Notes under the pieces: generated by a model
What the model was told of the DNA's origin: nothing
Database searches by the model: none
The model's input: only the letters and a program-made list of their open reading frames with translations
Part shown: positions 19,766 through 29,131 of the stretch, in pieces
Layout: every line of letters starts with the position of its first letter
Position numbering within the stretch: position 1 is the stretch's first letter
IMG/VR virus record: IMGVR_UViG_3300033143_003083
Coordinates: 1 to 64,000 of that record
Origin: a virus
Length of the DNA stretch: 64,000 nucleotides
Reading direction: 5' to 3' (one strand)
Program-made: the position numbers and the translations under genes

Positions 19766-20363
19766 CCTATTCGAAAGTGCAAGTAAAAATCGTGACATGA
19801 TTGTAATTGATGTACAACCATTCTATCACAACCATCACAAACATATCGTCCCAAGATTAATCGAACATGTGAATCAGATGACAGGTGATGTCTTATGGTT
19901 TCATAATGGTTGTAATGTGGGGATTGAAGATACGGTACATGAACAAAAAATGTACCTGCTTGAAAATGGAATGGACGAAGATAGATTAGACGAAATAACA
20001 TTTGTAGAAAAAGATTATGCATTTTTCAGAGGTTGGATGGATAATGGTATTGATGAAGATATTATTATTGCTGCTGGTAAATACATGTACAAGAATCGTA
20101 TTAATGACAGTCGTGATTTGGAAGTAGAAGATTTTGTGAAATTCTTACCCAGACCCGAACGTGATACATTCACAGACGAAGATGAATTATATAAAAATGA
20201 AGATGCATTACATTGGCCTGACATTGATATTAATAAATTGAAAAGATACAACAACGCTTACTTAGTAGGTGGTGGCAGGGATGAATGTCTTGAAGAAATG
20301 AGATTACTTCTGGAAATGGTTGGGATGAAGTACAAATTATTAAATGAGTTTATATACGGATGA
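19752..20363 (+). CDS. Cysteine-hydrolase/isochorismatase-like protein
   Basis: VIDVQP...EK...GGGRDECL. Confidence 0.55.
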   Translation: MKLINLFESASKNRDMIVIDVQPFYHNHHKHIVPRLIEHVNQMTGDVLWFHNGCNVGIEDTVHEQKMYLLENGMDEDRLDEITFVEKDYAFFRGWMDNGIDEDIIIAAGKYMYKNRINDSRDLEVEDFVKFLPRPERDTFTDEDELYKNEDALHWPDIDINKLKRYNNAYLVGGGRDECLEEMRLLLEMVGMKYKLLNEFIYG

Positions 20364-21964
20364 AGTTAATACAATTATTAGAGCAACTTGAATGGTTATT
20401 TGAAAATCGTAAGATTGAACTGATTGCCAAGAAGCAAGGCCAGAAGATTATGAAAGCGCATGGACGTGATCGTACTCATGATCAGCGACTTATTGATTCT
20501 ATCTTTGGTATGACTCCCATTGTACATCGTGGTGGGGCGAAAGGTGGTGATGAATTAGTACAAGACAGTGCCAAGAAAATTATTGAATTCTTCCAAACTA
20601 AAATTCATAAGAAGTATGTCCAATGGATTGCCAACCGTTACATGAACCGAGAATTCCAATTGGAAGATTGGAAAACTATTAAGGACAACCTGAAAGATTT
20701 CGACCGTATTAAAAATAAATTATCTGTTAAAGATATCAATCAATACGACTCTATGGTTGCCTTGGATAACGCCATTGATTCCCTGAAAGATAAAGATGTC
20801 AGATCCAACAAACAAAAAGATAAAGAAGAACGTGCTCAATTATTCAAAGATAAAGAAGCTATCCTTTTCTATAAAGATTCTGATATTAAGATTGAGATAC
20901 CCAAGACTGAAGAAGCTGCATGTGTTCTGGGTAAGGGTACTCGCTGGTGTACATCAGCACGTAATCATAATCAGTTCGCCAATTATAACAGAGAGGGTGA
21001 TCTATATATCATCACCACCAAAGACGGCAAGAAGTTCCAATTCCATTTACATACTAAGCAGTTCATGGATGAAGCAGACCACGAAATTAAGATGACTGAA
21101 GTACTTGAAGAATATCCTTCAATCCTTAAAGCAATACCAAAACTTGTTGACAGTTTGTCTATGTTCGACAGGGCAAATATAAATGATATGAGTCAGAATG
21201 AAGTTGAAGGTATGATTAAGGAATGGATTGATGACGGATTACACCAGATTGATATGCATGATGATACCACTGTAGTCATTGAATCATACCAAGACTTAGA
21301 TAAATTCTTTCGCCAATATGATTTCATGGAATTGTCCAGTATGCTTTATTACATAGATGACCCAAGTACGTTAGAAGAAGAAATGGATACTGACAAAGCT
21401 AGAATGGACATTTCGAAATATCTTAATCAATCTATTATTGATTTGATACATGACCGATTATTAGATCAACCTCAACATGAATTATTTGATATTAACACCA
21501 ATGACAAGGTATTCAATGCATTAAACAATTATACAACACTATCAAGACAGATCCTGAATGAAATTGTTGAAAATATGACTGAGGAATCAGCAGAAGCAAT
21601 GGAAAAATATCTTAAGGATGGTATGGAAGGTGAAGGATTCGATCATGGTGTCATGGGATTCTTATTTGATACTGAACGTTCCCACTCAAGCGGATATTTA
21701 CTTGTAACTGACGAGGCCAGAAATTTTTACGACAGTACTTATTCGATGTCAATGGAGTTATACGAACTTGCAACTAACTTAACTGAAACTGGATGGGATG
21801 ATATATCAGATGATGAATTTGAACATGAAATGAGAAGATTCTTCGGTGAAGAATTTGACCATAACCCAGATTTAAAATCCCCAAGTGATTTCTATCATAC
21901 TCAGAACATGGATAATCTTGAAAATAGAATAGAAAGGGTTATGAAAGAGTGGAAAGGGTTATGA
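20360..21964 (+). CDS. PcfJ-like domain protein, paralog of 10727
   Basis: PKTEEAACVLGKGTRWCTSA. Confidence 0.55.
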   Translation: MKLIQLLEQLEWLFENRKIELIAKKQGQKIMKAHGRDRTHDQRLIDSIFGMTPIVHRGGAKGGDELVQDSAKKIIEFFQTKIHKKYVQWIANRYMNREFQLEDWKTIKDNLKDFDRIKNKLSVKDINQYDSMVALDNAIDSLKDKDVRSNKQKDKEERAQLFKDKEAILFYKDSDIKIEIPKTEEAACVLGKGTRWCTSARNHNQFANYNREGDLYIITTKDGKKFQFHLHTKQFMDEADHEIKMTEVLEEYPSILKAIPKLVDSLSMFDRANINDMSQNEVEGMIKEWIDDGLHQIDMHDDTTVVIESYQDLDKFFRQYDFMELSSMLYYIDDPSTLEEEMDTDKARMDISKYLNQSIIDLIHDRLLDQPQHELFDINTNDKVFNALNNYTTLSRQILNEIVENMTEESAEAMEKYLKDGMEGEGFDHGVMGFLFDTERSHSSGYLLVTDEARNFYDSTYSMSMELYELATNLTETGWDDISDDEFEHEMRRFFGEEFDHNPDLKSPSDFYHTQNMDNLENRIERVMKEWKGL

Positions 21965-22437
21965 AATTATCCCAATTCTTACAAGAAGCTATAAGAAATC
22001 GTACCCTAATCAAAGGACAGCCCCTCTCAGGCGATTACTCCCATTACATACGTAGTATTACCGAGTTAAAAGACCTTCTTAAAGAGCATTACGGCAATTC
22101 TAAGATGACTTTAGACAATATTATCAAACTTTATGCTGAACATGACATGAAACTCACTGATAATTTGCTTGAATTTGAGTTTACCGTTAAGGAACTTGAT
22201 AAGTACAAGGAATGGAAGCGTACCAGAAACGATTCTAACCTTTCCACTGACGAATGGGATGAAATGAAAGCGGATATTAAGAAAAACGGTATACGGGATT
22301 ACGGTGTGCTTGGTATGTATCAGAAAAGGAACGGTGATGTCCTTACTTATATCGGTGAAGGTAATCACAGGTTGGCAATCGCAAAAGAACTTGGCATTAA
22401 GAAGATGAAAATGCGTCTTTTTTACGGGAAAGCCTAA
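21961..22437 (+). CDS. ParB/Srx-like domain protein
   Basis: DIKKNGI...GEGNHRLAIAKELG; start MKLSQFLQE. Confidence 0.7.
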   Translation: MKLSQFLQEAIRNRTLIKGQPLSGDYSHYIRSITELKDLLKEHYGNSKMTLDNIIKLYAEHDMKLTDNLLEFEFTVKELDKYKEWKRTRNDSNLSTDEWDEMKADIKKNGIRDYGVLGMYQKRNGDVLTYIGEGNHRLAIAKELGIKKMKMRLFYGKA

Positions 22438-22788
22438 ATGAAACTTGATGAACTGTTTGCATGTCATGAAGAAGTCTTACTGGAAGGTAAGATTGAACGA
22501 ATAATTGAAAAACATCAGGTGGCAATCCTTAAAGCGTTCAGTAAAGAGTCACCGGATGTCGTTGGCAATGTAAATCATATAATGAATGAATTTAAAGAGA
22601 CACATCCAAAATATATCCAATGGATCACCAATCGTTACATCAAAGGTGAGTTCATAATGGAAAATTTACCTGAACTTAAGATGAAATTAGAAGAATTTGA
22701 TAAAATTAAAGACAAACTTCAGTCTAATGAGAAGGATATCAACCGTCACAAAACATTAGAGTCGTTTTATAAGGTTATCACAGGGTAA
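22438..22788 (+). CDS. Short paralog of the N-terminal domain of 10727/20360
   Basis: LLEGKIE, KYIQWI.NRY, EFDKIK.KL, KDIN. Confidence 0.7.
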   Translation: MKLDELFACHEEVLLEGKIERIIEKHQVAILKAFSKESPDVVGNVNHIMNEFKETHPKYIQWITNRYIKGEFIMENLPELKMKLEEFDKIKDKLQSNEKDINRHKTLESFYKVITG

Positions 22789-23029
22789 TCAATACCGTCT
22801 TATGGTTATCTGGTAATTTATCATCAATAAAGGGTAAGTATTCACCACTCAATCTATATTTCCCTCCCCTCCACAGAATTTTACCAGTTTCATTATTCCT
22901 TTTGGTTAATATTACGTCTGTGCCAAACACAATTTCACCGTCAAACTCAACTGCAACATATCGTACACCAGTAAGATCAACATCCATTAAGTAAAACCAT
23001 ATCATTTCTATGAATTCATCGTCAGTCAT
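22778..23029 (-). CDS. AVDxDG family protein
   Basis: MTDDEF...YVAVEFDGE...W...VLITL. Confidence 0.75.
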   Translation of the reverse strand: MTDDEFIEMIWFYLMDVDLTGVRYVAVEFDGEIVFGTDVILTKRNNETGKILWRGGKYRLSGEYLPFIDDKLPDNHKTVLITL

Positions 23030-23307
23030 AATTTTATCATCACATTCTTATAATTTGGGGGGGTGTCATCTGGTGATCTGGTGAGATACGTACCAGTAAG
23101 AACCGATTCTGCATCATTTGAACGCCAAATGAAATGATGAGTGTTCTTATTATAACTGTTTGTCGTATTATGAATACCTCTTACTAATCTGTCACCATGT
23201 GATACTACAATCTCACCATCAAAATCTACTGCAAGATACTTTGCACCAGTTAAGTTGTAGTCAATTAGTTTGAATAATATTAATTGTTCGAAATCATCAT
23301 CAGTCAT
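23026..23307 (-). CDS. AVDxDG family protein
   Basis: YLAVDFDGE...VMIKL. Confidence 0.75.
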   Translation of the reverse strand: MTDDDFEQLILFKLIDYNLTGAKYLAVDFDGEIVVSHGDRLVRGIHNTTNSYNKNTHHFIWRSNDAESVLTGTYLTRSPDDTPPNYKNVMIKL

Positions 23308-23579
23308 AATTTTATTAGCGTATCTTTCCAGTTAAGTGGTCTGGTCATTGTTGTTATCAATTGAAAGTTTGCTGCTGATGTCAACGCATCAGCTACTTCT
23401 TCTGCTGGCGTCCATTGACTTCTGAATGAGTTATTTTTTAGTTTTTGATTAATAGGTTCTAATCCGTACACATACAAATTACCATCACTATCAACCGCAG
23501 CATAATTAAACCTGTCGATGTTATAATCACATAACAACAGATGAAATTTCATTAACTCTTTGTATTCAATGGTTGTCAT
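23304..23579 (-). CDS. AVDxDG family protein
   Basis: YKELMKFHLL...AAVDSDG...NWKDTLIKL. Confidence 0.75.
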   Translation of the reverse strand: MTTIEYKELMKFHLLLCDYNIDRFNYAAVDSDGNLYVYGLEPINQKLKNNSFRSQWTPAEEVADALTSAANFQLITTMTRPLNWKDTLIKL

Positions 23580-23839
23580 AATTTAAAAAGCATTTCAGCG
23601 TAATTATCCATAACCGGATTCAAATATACATCAGTACAAAAAGGAATCATATGATCCGGTGGTGGTTTCCCACCCCAAACCTTCTGACCGTTAGGGGGAA
23701 TTGTGTTATCTTCAATTGTCATCAGATAACTACTTGTCACAATCTCACCATCATAATCAATACCAATGTATTTCACATTAGTTAAATCATAATCTATTAA
23801 CTTATACATGATAAGTTCAAACCAATCATCCTTAGTCAT
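23576..23839 (-). CDS. AVDxDG family protein
   Basis: YIGIDYDGE...MLFKL. Confidence 0.75.
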   Translation of the reverse strand: MTKDDWFELIMYKLIDYDLTNVKYIGIDYDGEIVTSSYLMTIEDNTIPPNGQKVWGGKPPPDHMIPFCTDVYLNPVMDNYAEMLFKL

Positions 23840-23840
23840 T

Positions 23841-24098
23841 CTATAATTTCCTGAACTTCAGCATTTCTATACCTGCCTCGGTTATATAAATTTCAGCGTA
23901 TTTCTGTGTGACTACATTAGGTACTAATTCCTTGCCACCAAACACATGATCAAGAATTATCCATCCTAATTCATCCCATTCTTCCATGTACTCAGTATAA
24001 GTAAGAACAATCTTAGTGGTATGTGCAGGAGCATGGTAATAATGAATGACATGACGTGTCCTCAGATAAAATTCGTCTAATGAAGTAATCATTTTCAT
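23841..24098 (-). CDS. Winged-helix-like small protein
   Basis: LGWI...ITEAG...FRKL. Confidence 0.65.
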   Translation of the reverse strand: MKMITSLDEFYLRTRHVIHYYHAPAHTTKIVLTYTEYMEEWDELGWIILDHVFGGKELVPNVVTQKYAEIYITEAGIEMLKFRKL

Positions 24099-24295
24099 AA
24101 TTCCCTGAATTCCAATACTGTCATACCCAGTTCAGTAATAGAATAAGTTTTTTCTTGGTTGTCAATAAATTCGATATAACCTAAACTCATATATGCCTTA
24201 TACAATGGAGTATCAAAGTATACAAATTTTACGTAAGATGAATTGAGTGAATGCATCCTACCAAACCATTCATCTATTGGTGTTGCCCTACTCAT
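24095..24295 (-). CDS. Winged-helix-like small protein
   Basis: LGYI...YSITELG...FREL. Confidence 0.65.
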   Translation of the reverse strand: MSRATPIDEWFGRMHSLNSSYVKFVYFDTPLYKAYMSLGYIEFIDNQEKTYSITELGMTVLEFREL

Positions 24296-24519
24296 AATTC
24301 ATCGAACGCCAATACGTCCAATCCAGTTTCTGTTATCTGTATATGATAAGCATCCCTACCATATATCGTTTTAAATGGGTTCGAAGCAACAATCCATCCT
24401 AATTCAACCCATGTTGGTATATCAACCGCAGCACAATTAAACTTACATTCAATTCTGCTTTTGGCTATTCTGTTTTCTCTGAATAAGAAACAGAATGTTT
24501 GTAAGTATTTTGAATTCAT
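24292..24519 (-). CDS. Winged-helix-like small protein
   Basis: LGWI...ITETG...FDEL. Confidence 0.65.
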   Translation of the reverse strand: MNSKYLQTFCFLFRENRIAKSRIECKFNCAAVDIPTWVELGWIVASNPFKTIYGRDAYHIQITETGLDVLAFDEL

Positions 24520-24788
24520 AATTTTATTAATGTCTTAGTCCAATCTTCTGGGTCAAGCATCCATATTATAAATTTATAATTGGAAGATGACCATGCTTCT
24601 TTAGTTTCTTCTAATGGTGTCCATCCAGATGGGTGTGTCAGGGGGTCATATTGGTAAATACGTGGTTCAAACTCATAGGTATGCAAAGCACCACCTTCAT
24701 CAACCGCAGCATAATTCATACCAATTAAATTTTCATCACATAACAACAGATGGAATTTCATTAACTCTTTGTATTCATCAAGATTCAT
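24516..24788 (-). CDS. AVDxDG family protein
   Basis: YKELMKFHLL...AAVDEGG...TLIKL. Confidence 0.75.
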   Translation of the reverse strand: MNLDEYKELMKFHLLLCDENLIGMNYAAVDEGGALHTYEFEPRIYQYDPLTHPSGWTPLEETKEAWSSSNYKFIIWMLDPEDWTKTLIKL

Positions 24789-25048
24789 AATTCATCAAAT
24801 GCCAGTAAACTTTCACCATGTTCAGTTATACGAATATACAACTTACTCTCAACCATAGAATTAGTAATACGTCTTCTTAGGTTAAGGTAATCCCTGCCAA
24901 TACAAGTACCGATATCATCCACTGTTATAAATTCAATAAGACCTTTCTCAAGGTATTGTTCATATCGTTTAGAAATTTCTCTGCGCCATATACCATTGGC
25001 ATCTTCAAGGTCAAACATAAGAATGAAATATTTGTTTACATCATCCAT
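24785..25048 (-). CDS. Winged-helix-like small protein
   Basis: KGLI...ITEHG...FDEL; TAATG-coupled start. Confidence 0.65.
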   Translation of the reverse strand: MDDVNKYFILMFDLEDANGIWRREISKRYEQYLEKGLIEFITVDDIGTCIGRDYLNLRRRITNSMVESKLYIRITEHGESLLAFDEL

Positions 25049-25320
25049 TATAATTTCACCAACGATTCTTTCCAATAAGGTTGTGGTATAAGGCATGTTA
25101 CTAATTCGTACCCACAACTATGAATTTCATCATGGGCAAAATTATTATACCACATTCTAATTTTATTAATTTCGATATCAACATGTTTTATTGTAGGTTT
25201 ATCTATATAAATATACAGTTCTCCATTCTTGTCAACAGCAGCATAATTAAATAACGTTAAGTCCATGCTTGTCATCAGTAAATGGAATTTCATTAAGGTT
25301 ATGTATTCTTCTCGTGTCAT
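25048..25320 (-). CDS. AVDxDG family protein
   Basis: LMKFHLL...AAVDKNG...WKESLVKL. Confidence 0.75.
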   Translation of the reverse strand: MTREEYITLMKFHLLMTSMDLTLFNYAAVDKNGELYIYIDKPTIKHVDIEINKIRMWYNNFAHDEIHSCGYELVTCLIPQPYWKESLVKL

Positions 25321-25384
25321 AATAATACCCAAAGTGTTCATAGTCCATAAATAGTATTATAAACACTCAGAGGAAAATATCAAG

Positions 25385-26251
25385 ATGCCAGTATCATTAA
25401 CACTACCTTCAGTCAAAGGTTCATTACTTGACCATCAGGAAATGGAAGATAACTTAACCGATCTTCAGGATGCGGTTAATATAGCACGAGTCGAAACAGT
25501 CACTGAAACGTCCGTATCAATCACTGCCAGTAATAAACGTGTAATCCTTTGTGATGCTACTGCCAACAATATGACTGTCACACTGCCTCCTGCTGCGTCC
25601 TCATTAGACGAAATTTACTACATTAAGAAAGTAGACAGTACTACCAATACCATTACAATAACAGGTGACGGATCTGAAGTTATTGATGATGAACTCACTC
25701 AGGTTATCCGTGATCAATATGAAGGTCTGGCAATGATATCAGATGGTGGTGAATGGTTCGTCATCACAAAGAAATCTAATGCCCCATTAACTGTCGGTGT
25801 TAAAACATCCACAACAACTGTTGCTAATACTGCCGCAGAAACATTAATCTATTCTTATAATTTTACTGCTGATGCGTTTCTCCCCCATGAGAAAGTTATT
25901 GCTGAAGCATCTGGGTCTTATTCTAATGCAAGTCCAAATGATGATTTTCAAATTATCGTTAAGATGAATGGGGTGTTGATGCATTCACTTAGTCGTATCG
26001 GCACAGGTAAAACTGATGCAGGTTGGAAACTTAAAGTGGATGGCACAATCAGAACCATTGGTGCAGCAGGAACATACGTTGATATCTCTGGACTGTCAGA
26101 TGGTGACACCACATTCACTGAAGCACTCTCAACCGAAGTCGTAATTGATACTACCGTACCGATAACATATGAAGTATTTGTCAAATGGGATAATGCAGAT
26201 GTCGGTAATATTTTTGCATGTACCCAAGGCAGAATCACACTGATCGTTTAA
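25385..26251 (+). CDS. Virion structural/fibre-associated protein
   Basis: CDATANNMTVTLP..., IKKVDS..N.ITI module common in tail fibres; TAAATA at 25348-25353 and GAGG SD. Confidence 0.65.
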   Translation: MPVSLTLPSVKGSLLDHQEMEDNLTDLQDAVNIARVETVTETSVSITASNKRVILCDATANNMTVTLPPAASSLDEIYYIKKVDSTTNTITITGDGSEVIDDELTQVIRDQYEGLAMISDGGEWFVITKKSNAPLTVGVKTSTTTVANTAAETLIYSYNFTADAFLPHEKVIAEASGSYSNASPNDDFQIIVKMNGVLMHSLSRIGTGKTDAGWKLKVDGTIRTIGAAGTYVDISGLSDGDTTFTEALSTEVVIDTTVPITYEVFVKWDNADVGNIFACTQGRITLIV

Positions 26252-26403
26252 AGATTGTCAAAATCATTGAAGTCATTTATTATAGATTGAATTTCTTCAG
26301 GTGTTTTTCCTTCTGCTTCTAATTGGTCGAACATATGATATCGTTCAGACGAAGTACATATCATAATGTGTTCTTCTTGATAGTACCTACATAAATATTT
26401 CAT
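26248..26403 (-). CDS. GMSxEEI-tail family protein, 51 aa (not in ORF track)
   Basis: MKYLCRYY...EGKTPEEIQSIINDFNDFDNL. Confidence 0.65.
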   Translation of the reverse strand: MKYLCRYYQEEHIMICTSSERYHMFDQLEAEGKTPEEIQSIINDFNDFDNL

Positions 26404-26624
26404 AACTTACTGAATGCCTTTAATGTCTTCCCTTCTTCAGTCAACTTCATTACTGCTGATGGGGGATGATCTTTTACTTCTACTACTGTTACCCAACCAC
26501 GCTCAATCCAATTAAGTGTTATTGGGGATTGAGCAACATGAATGTCAGTCTCGTCATTATAATGGTTTACTATTCTGATGAATGTTCTCATTGCATCAAC
26601 ATCATCTTCATAAAATTTCTTCAT
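26400..26624 (-). CDS. Winged-helix-like small protein
   Basis: RGWV...LTEEG...FSKL. Confidence 0.65.
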   Translation of the reverse strand: MKKFYEDDVDAMRTFIRIVNHYNDETDIHVAQSPITLNWIERGWVTVVEVKDHPPSAVMKLTEEGKTLKAFSKL

Positions 26625-26836
26625 AATAACTCACCGTATATTGTCGCTCTCCCCAAATCAGTTAATTCCACTTGGACAAATGAATACTCTGACATTGGCA
26701 TATCTATATTAACTTTGATATAACCTTTTTGTACCCACATATCACTAAAAAAATCTTGTCTGATGACAAAAATATCTTTGTTCCACTTGATTGCAGTCTC
26801 AATGAATTTTTTTTCGATAGTTGTTGAATAAATCAT
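26621..26836 (-). CDS. Winged-helix-like small protein
   Basis: KGYI...LTDLG...YGELL. Confidence 0.65.
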   Translation of the reverse strand: MIYSTTIEKKFIETAIKWNKDIFVIRQDFFSDMWVQKGYIKVNIDMPMSEYSFVQVELTDLGRATIYGELL

Positions 26837-27060
26837 AAGTTTGCAAAGACTATTACCGATCTGCCAAGGTCAGTAATACGAAGGTTAAGATGAAATTCTA
26901 ACGATGGTTCTACAATTTCCAACCACCCAAGAGTAACAAACTCTCTGGTTGTACTTGTGTCATACAATACCATAGATTCTTTCATGTCTCTGCCCCATAA
27001 CATAGAGAAGAATGAAGATAAGGCAGTGTCGGTTATAGGGGAGTCATCATTAATCATCAT
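26833..27060 (-). CDS. Winged-helix-like small protein
   Basis: LGWL...ITDLG...FANL. Confidence 0.65.
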   Translation of the reverse strand: MMINDDSPITDTALSSFFSMLWGRDMKESMVLYDTSTTREFVTLGWLEIVEPSLEFHLNLRITDLGRSVIVFANL

Positions 27061-27440
27061 AACAATAAGTAACTTGCTACCATTTCAGGAGTCATACCTT
27101 CACCCACCAGAAGAATAATGTGTTTTTGTAAACCAGTTATTACTGGATTAAGATTAATAAATTCATCATGGTCATGAGTCATACAAAAATTGTACGAGGT
27201 AAATGTGGTATTCCGATCAGCCGTATAAAATTTAATAAGTTCATATGCATGTGTTGCATCATGAGAATACTTCTCACCTGAAGCACGAAATCCTTTCTGT
27301 GATAATTTGTAATAGATGAAACCATCACCATACTCAGTTTCTTGTTTGCCAAACACACTAAGACCGCACCCCACCTTAAACATATGGTTTGGTACATTGG
27401 TCAACATCAGTCCTGAATACTCTTTGTATAAAATTGTCAT
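27057..27440 (-). CDS. GMSxEEI-tail family protein
   Basis: EGMTPEMVASYLLL. Confidence 0.7.
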   Translation of the reverse strand: MTILYKEYSGLMLTNVPNHMFKVGCGLSVFGKQETEYGDGFIYYKLSQKGFRASGEKYSHDATHAYELIKFYTADRNTTFTSYNFCMTHDHDEFINLNPVITGLQKHIILLVGEGMTPEMVASYLLL

Positions 27441-27616
27441 AAGTTTATGTAATCTTGTATTTCTTCTTCAGACATACCTTCCAAAACCATTTTTGCAATG
27501 ACTTCCAATTTAGTATCATCCCTAAATGTAACAGACATCACATCTTCGTCCCCTATATAGAACGTGTGCTCTTTTCCACCCAATCCCCACTTCACATATG
27601 ATATTTTTTTATTCAT
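27437..27616 (-). CDS. GMSxEEI-tail family protein, 59 aa (not in ORF track)
   Basis: MNKKISYVKW...EGMSEEEIQDYINL; ATGA overlaps at both ends. Confidence 0.75.
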   Translation of the reverse strand: MNKKISYVKWGLGGKEHTFYIGDEDVMSVTFRDDTKLEVIAKMVLEGMSEEEIQDYINL

Positions 27617-27843
27617 ATTTTTATCAATGTATCTTTCCAGTTAAGTGGCACAGGTAATTTAACAATGCTGTCAGCAGCAATCCCATCATTATTATCCCAT
27701 ATTTCAATTCCGACTGTGGGTTCGTCACTGTACCCCCACATGCTCCCATCAGAATCAACAGCAAAATGTGTGAATACACTTAAATCCTTATCTGATAACA
27801 ACAGATGAAATTTCATTAACTCTTTGTAATCATCAAGTGTCAT
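27613..27843 (-). CDS. AVDxDG family protein
   Basis: YKELMKFHLL...AVDSDG...NWKDTLIKI. Confidence 0.75.
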   Translation of the reverse strand: MTLDDYKELMKFHLLLSDKDLSVFTHFAVDSDGSMWGYSDEPTVGIEIWDNNDGIAADSIVKLPVPLNWKDTLIKI

Positions 27844-28118
27844 AATTTCAGCATTGCCATGTATTCTCTGTACCCATCAAGTAACGTCACATCAATATAC
27901 GATCTGACAATACCTGTCATACGTGATTCTGTTATACCCCTTCCGACAACGGAAAAAAAGTAATTATCCTTATCCTTATTGTCGTTCATTCGATATATCA
28001 ATTTATCCTGCACAAAAACCCTGTATGAGTTTTTGTACAGATACTCAGTCGAAGGATCGTGTTCAATTTTGTTGAATATCTCACGTTGAACAGATTCGTT
28101 CGGTGGTTGCTTCCTCAT
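27840..28118 (-). CDS. Small hypothetical protein (ends MLKL)
   Basis: Coupled ORF. Confidence 0.6.
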   Translation of the reverse strand: MRKQPPNESVQREIFNKIEHDPSTEYLYKNSYRVFVQDKLIYRMNDNKDKDNYFFSVVGRGITESRMTGIVRSYIDVTLLDGYREYMAMLKL

Positions 28119-28330
28119 TAAGTACGTTCTTTCATATGTGAAGGAAATCCAGAAAACGAACCAGAAGTAGGGAAAGTATTGTCATTCTTACTGCGACAGT
28201 CACACCCTGTACGACCCTCTACCGGAACGTTAGTGTTGGTGAATTGTGACATACCACCGCAACTAGTCCAACCACCACAAATACCACAGGCAGCAACAGG
28301 AACGTTATTCATATCATTTTTATGGGTCAT
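28118..28330 (-). CDS. Small Cys-rich early protein
   Basis: CGICGG...CDC; directly after sigma70 promoter, AGGAG SD. Confidence 0.6.
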   Translation of the reverse strand: MTHKNDMNNVPVAACGICGGWTSCGGMSQFTNTNVPVEGRTGCDCRSKNDNTFPTSGSFSGFPSHMKERT

Positions 28331-28357
28331 AATCTTTCTCCTAAGTTGATGTAGGGA

Positions 28358-28386
28358 ATTATAGATTGAAAACTTTCCATTGTCAA
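28358..28386 (-). promoter_or_regulatory. Early sigma70-type promoter
   Basis: TTGACA-17nt-TATAAT with AAGTTTTCAATC spacer. Confidence 0.9.
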
Positions 28387-28392
28387 ATTTAT

Positions 28393-28623
28393 TTACAATT
28401 TGTAGTAGGCGTCAATGGCCTCAATGGACATCCCTGCATCCCACATATCACATATCTTCATATACAGGTACTCTTTGTGACCCTCCCACGAGATATCGAA
28501 TCTTAATTCACCCATTTCATCACCGTTATTATACCAGATGACCACACATGACTTTTCAGGCGTGGCACGATGTTCCACACCGTACCCACAGAATTTTTCA
28601 TGATGTAAATCAGGTTTACTCAT
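28393..28623 (-). CDS. GMSxEEI-tail family protein
   Basis: AGMSIEAIDAYYKL. Confidence 0.7.
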   Translation of the reverse strand: MSKPDLHHEKFCGYGVEHRATPEKSCVVIWYNNGDEMGELRFDISWEGHKEYLYMKICDMWDAGMSIEAIDAYYKL

Positions 28624-28889
28624 AATCTGGCGTAAGCAACTCTCATACTTATGAAATCCCTTATTCGATTTAATCCCTTACCATCTTCTGCCAGCATATT
28701 ACAATCTCTGCATATTTCACTCACTTCAACATTGTTTACAAAATGAGGAAGGTAGATTGTTTTAACTTTGTGTGTGTCGGTATATTGAAAATGATATATC
28801 TCAGGATCATACTGGTAGACTATTATGGCAGGTCTTCCATCTGGACGATCACCAACAGATCTTACTGTAAATTTGTATATGTATTTCAT
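28620..28889 (-). CDS. GMSxEEI-tail family protein (divergent)
   Basis: DGKGLNRIRDF...YARL. Confidence 0.6.
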   Translation of the reverse strand: MKYIYKFTVRSVGDRPDGRPAIIVYQYDPEIYHFQYTDTHKVKTIYLPHFVNNVEVSEICRDCNMLAEDGKGLNRIRDFISMRVAYARL

Positions 28890-29131
28890 AGTTCCATATA
28901 GTCCTTAATCATATCAAGTGGCATACCTTCATCATAAAGTTTTTTTACAGTATTAAAAATCTTTAAACCAGACATTACCCCAAGATCAAGTTGTATCGTT
29001 AGTGTGCTGTCTGCTATCCTGTAAGCACCATCCCTCATACTATAAGGGATACTGACATAATCGCATAGTACATCATCAATATAACCACGATATACATGGT
29101 ATCCAAACTTGAAAACATCACCAGAGTTCAT
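28886..29131 (-). CDS. GMSxEEI-tail family protein
   Basis: EGMPLDMIKDYMEL. Confidence 0.7.
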   Translation of the reverse strand: MNSGDVFKFGYHVYRGYIDDVLCDYVSIPYSMRDGAYRIADSTLTIQLDLGVMSGLKIFNTVKKLYDEGMPLDMIKDYMEL

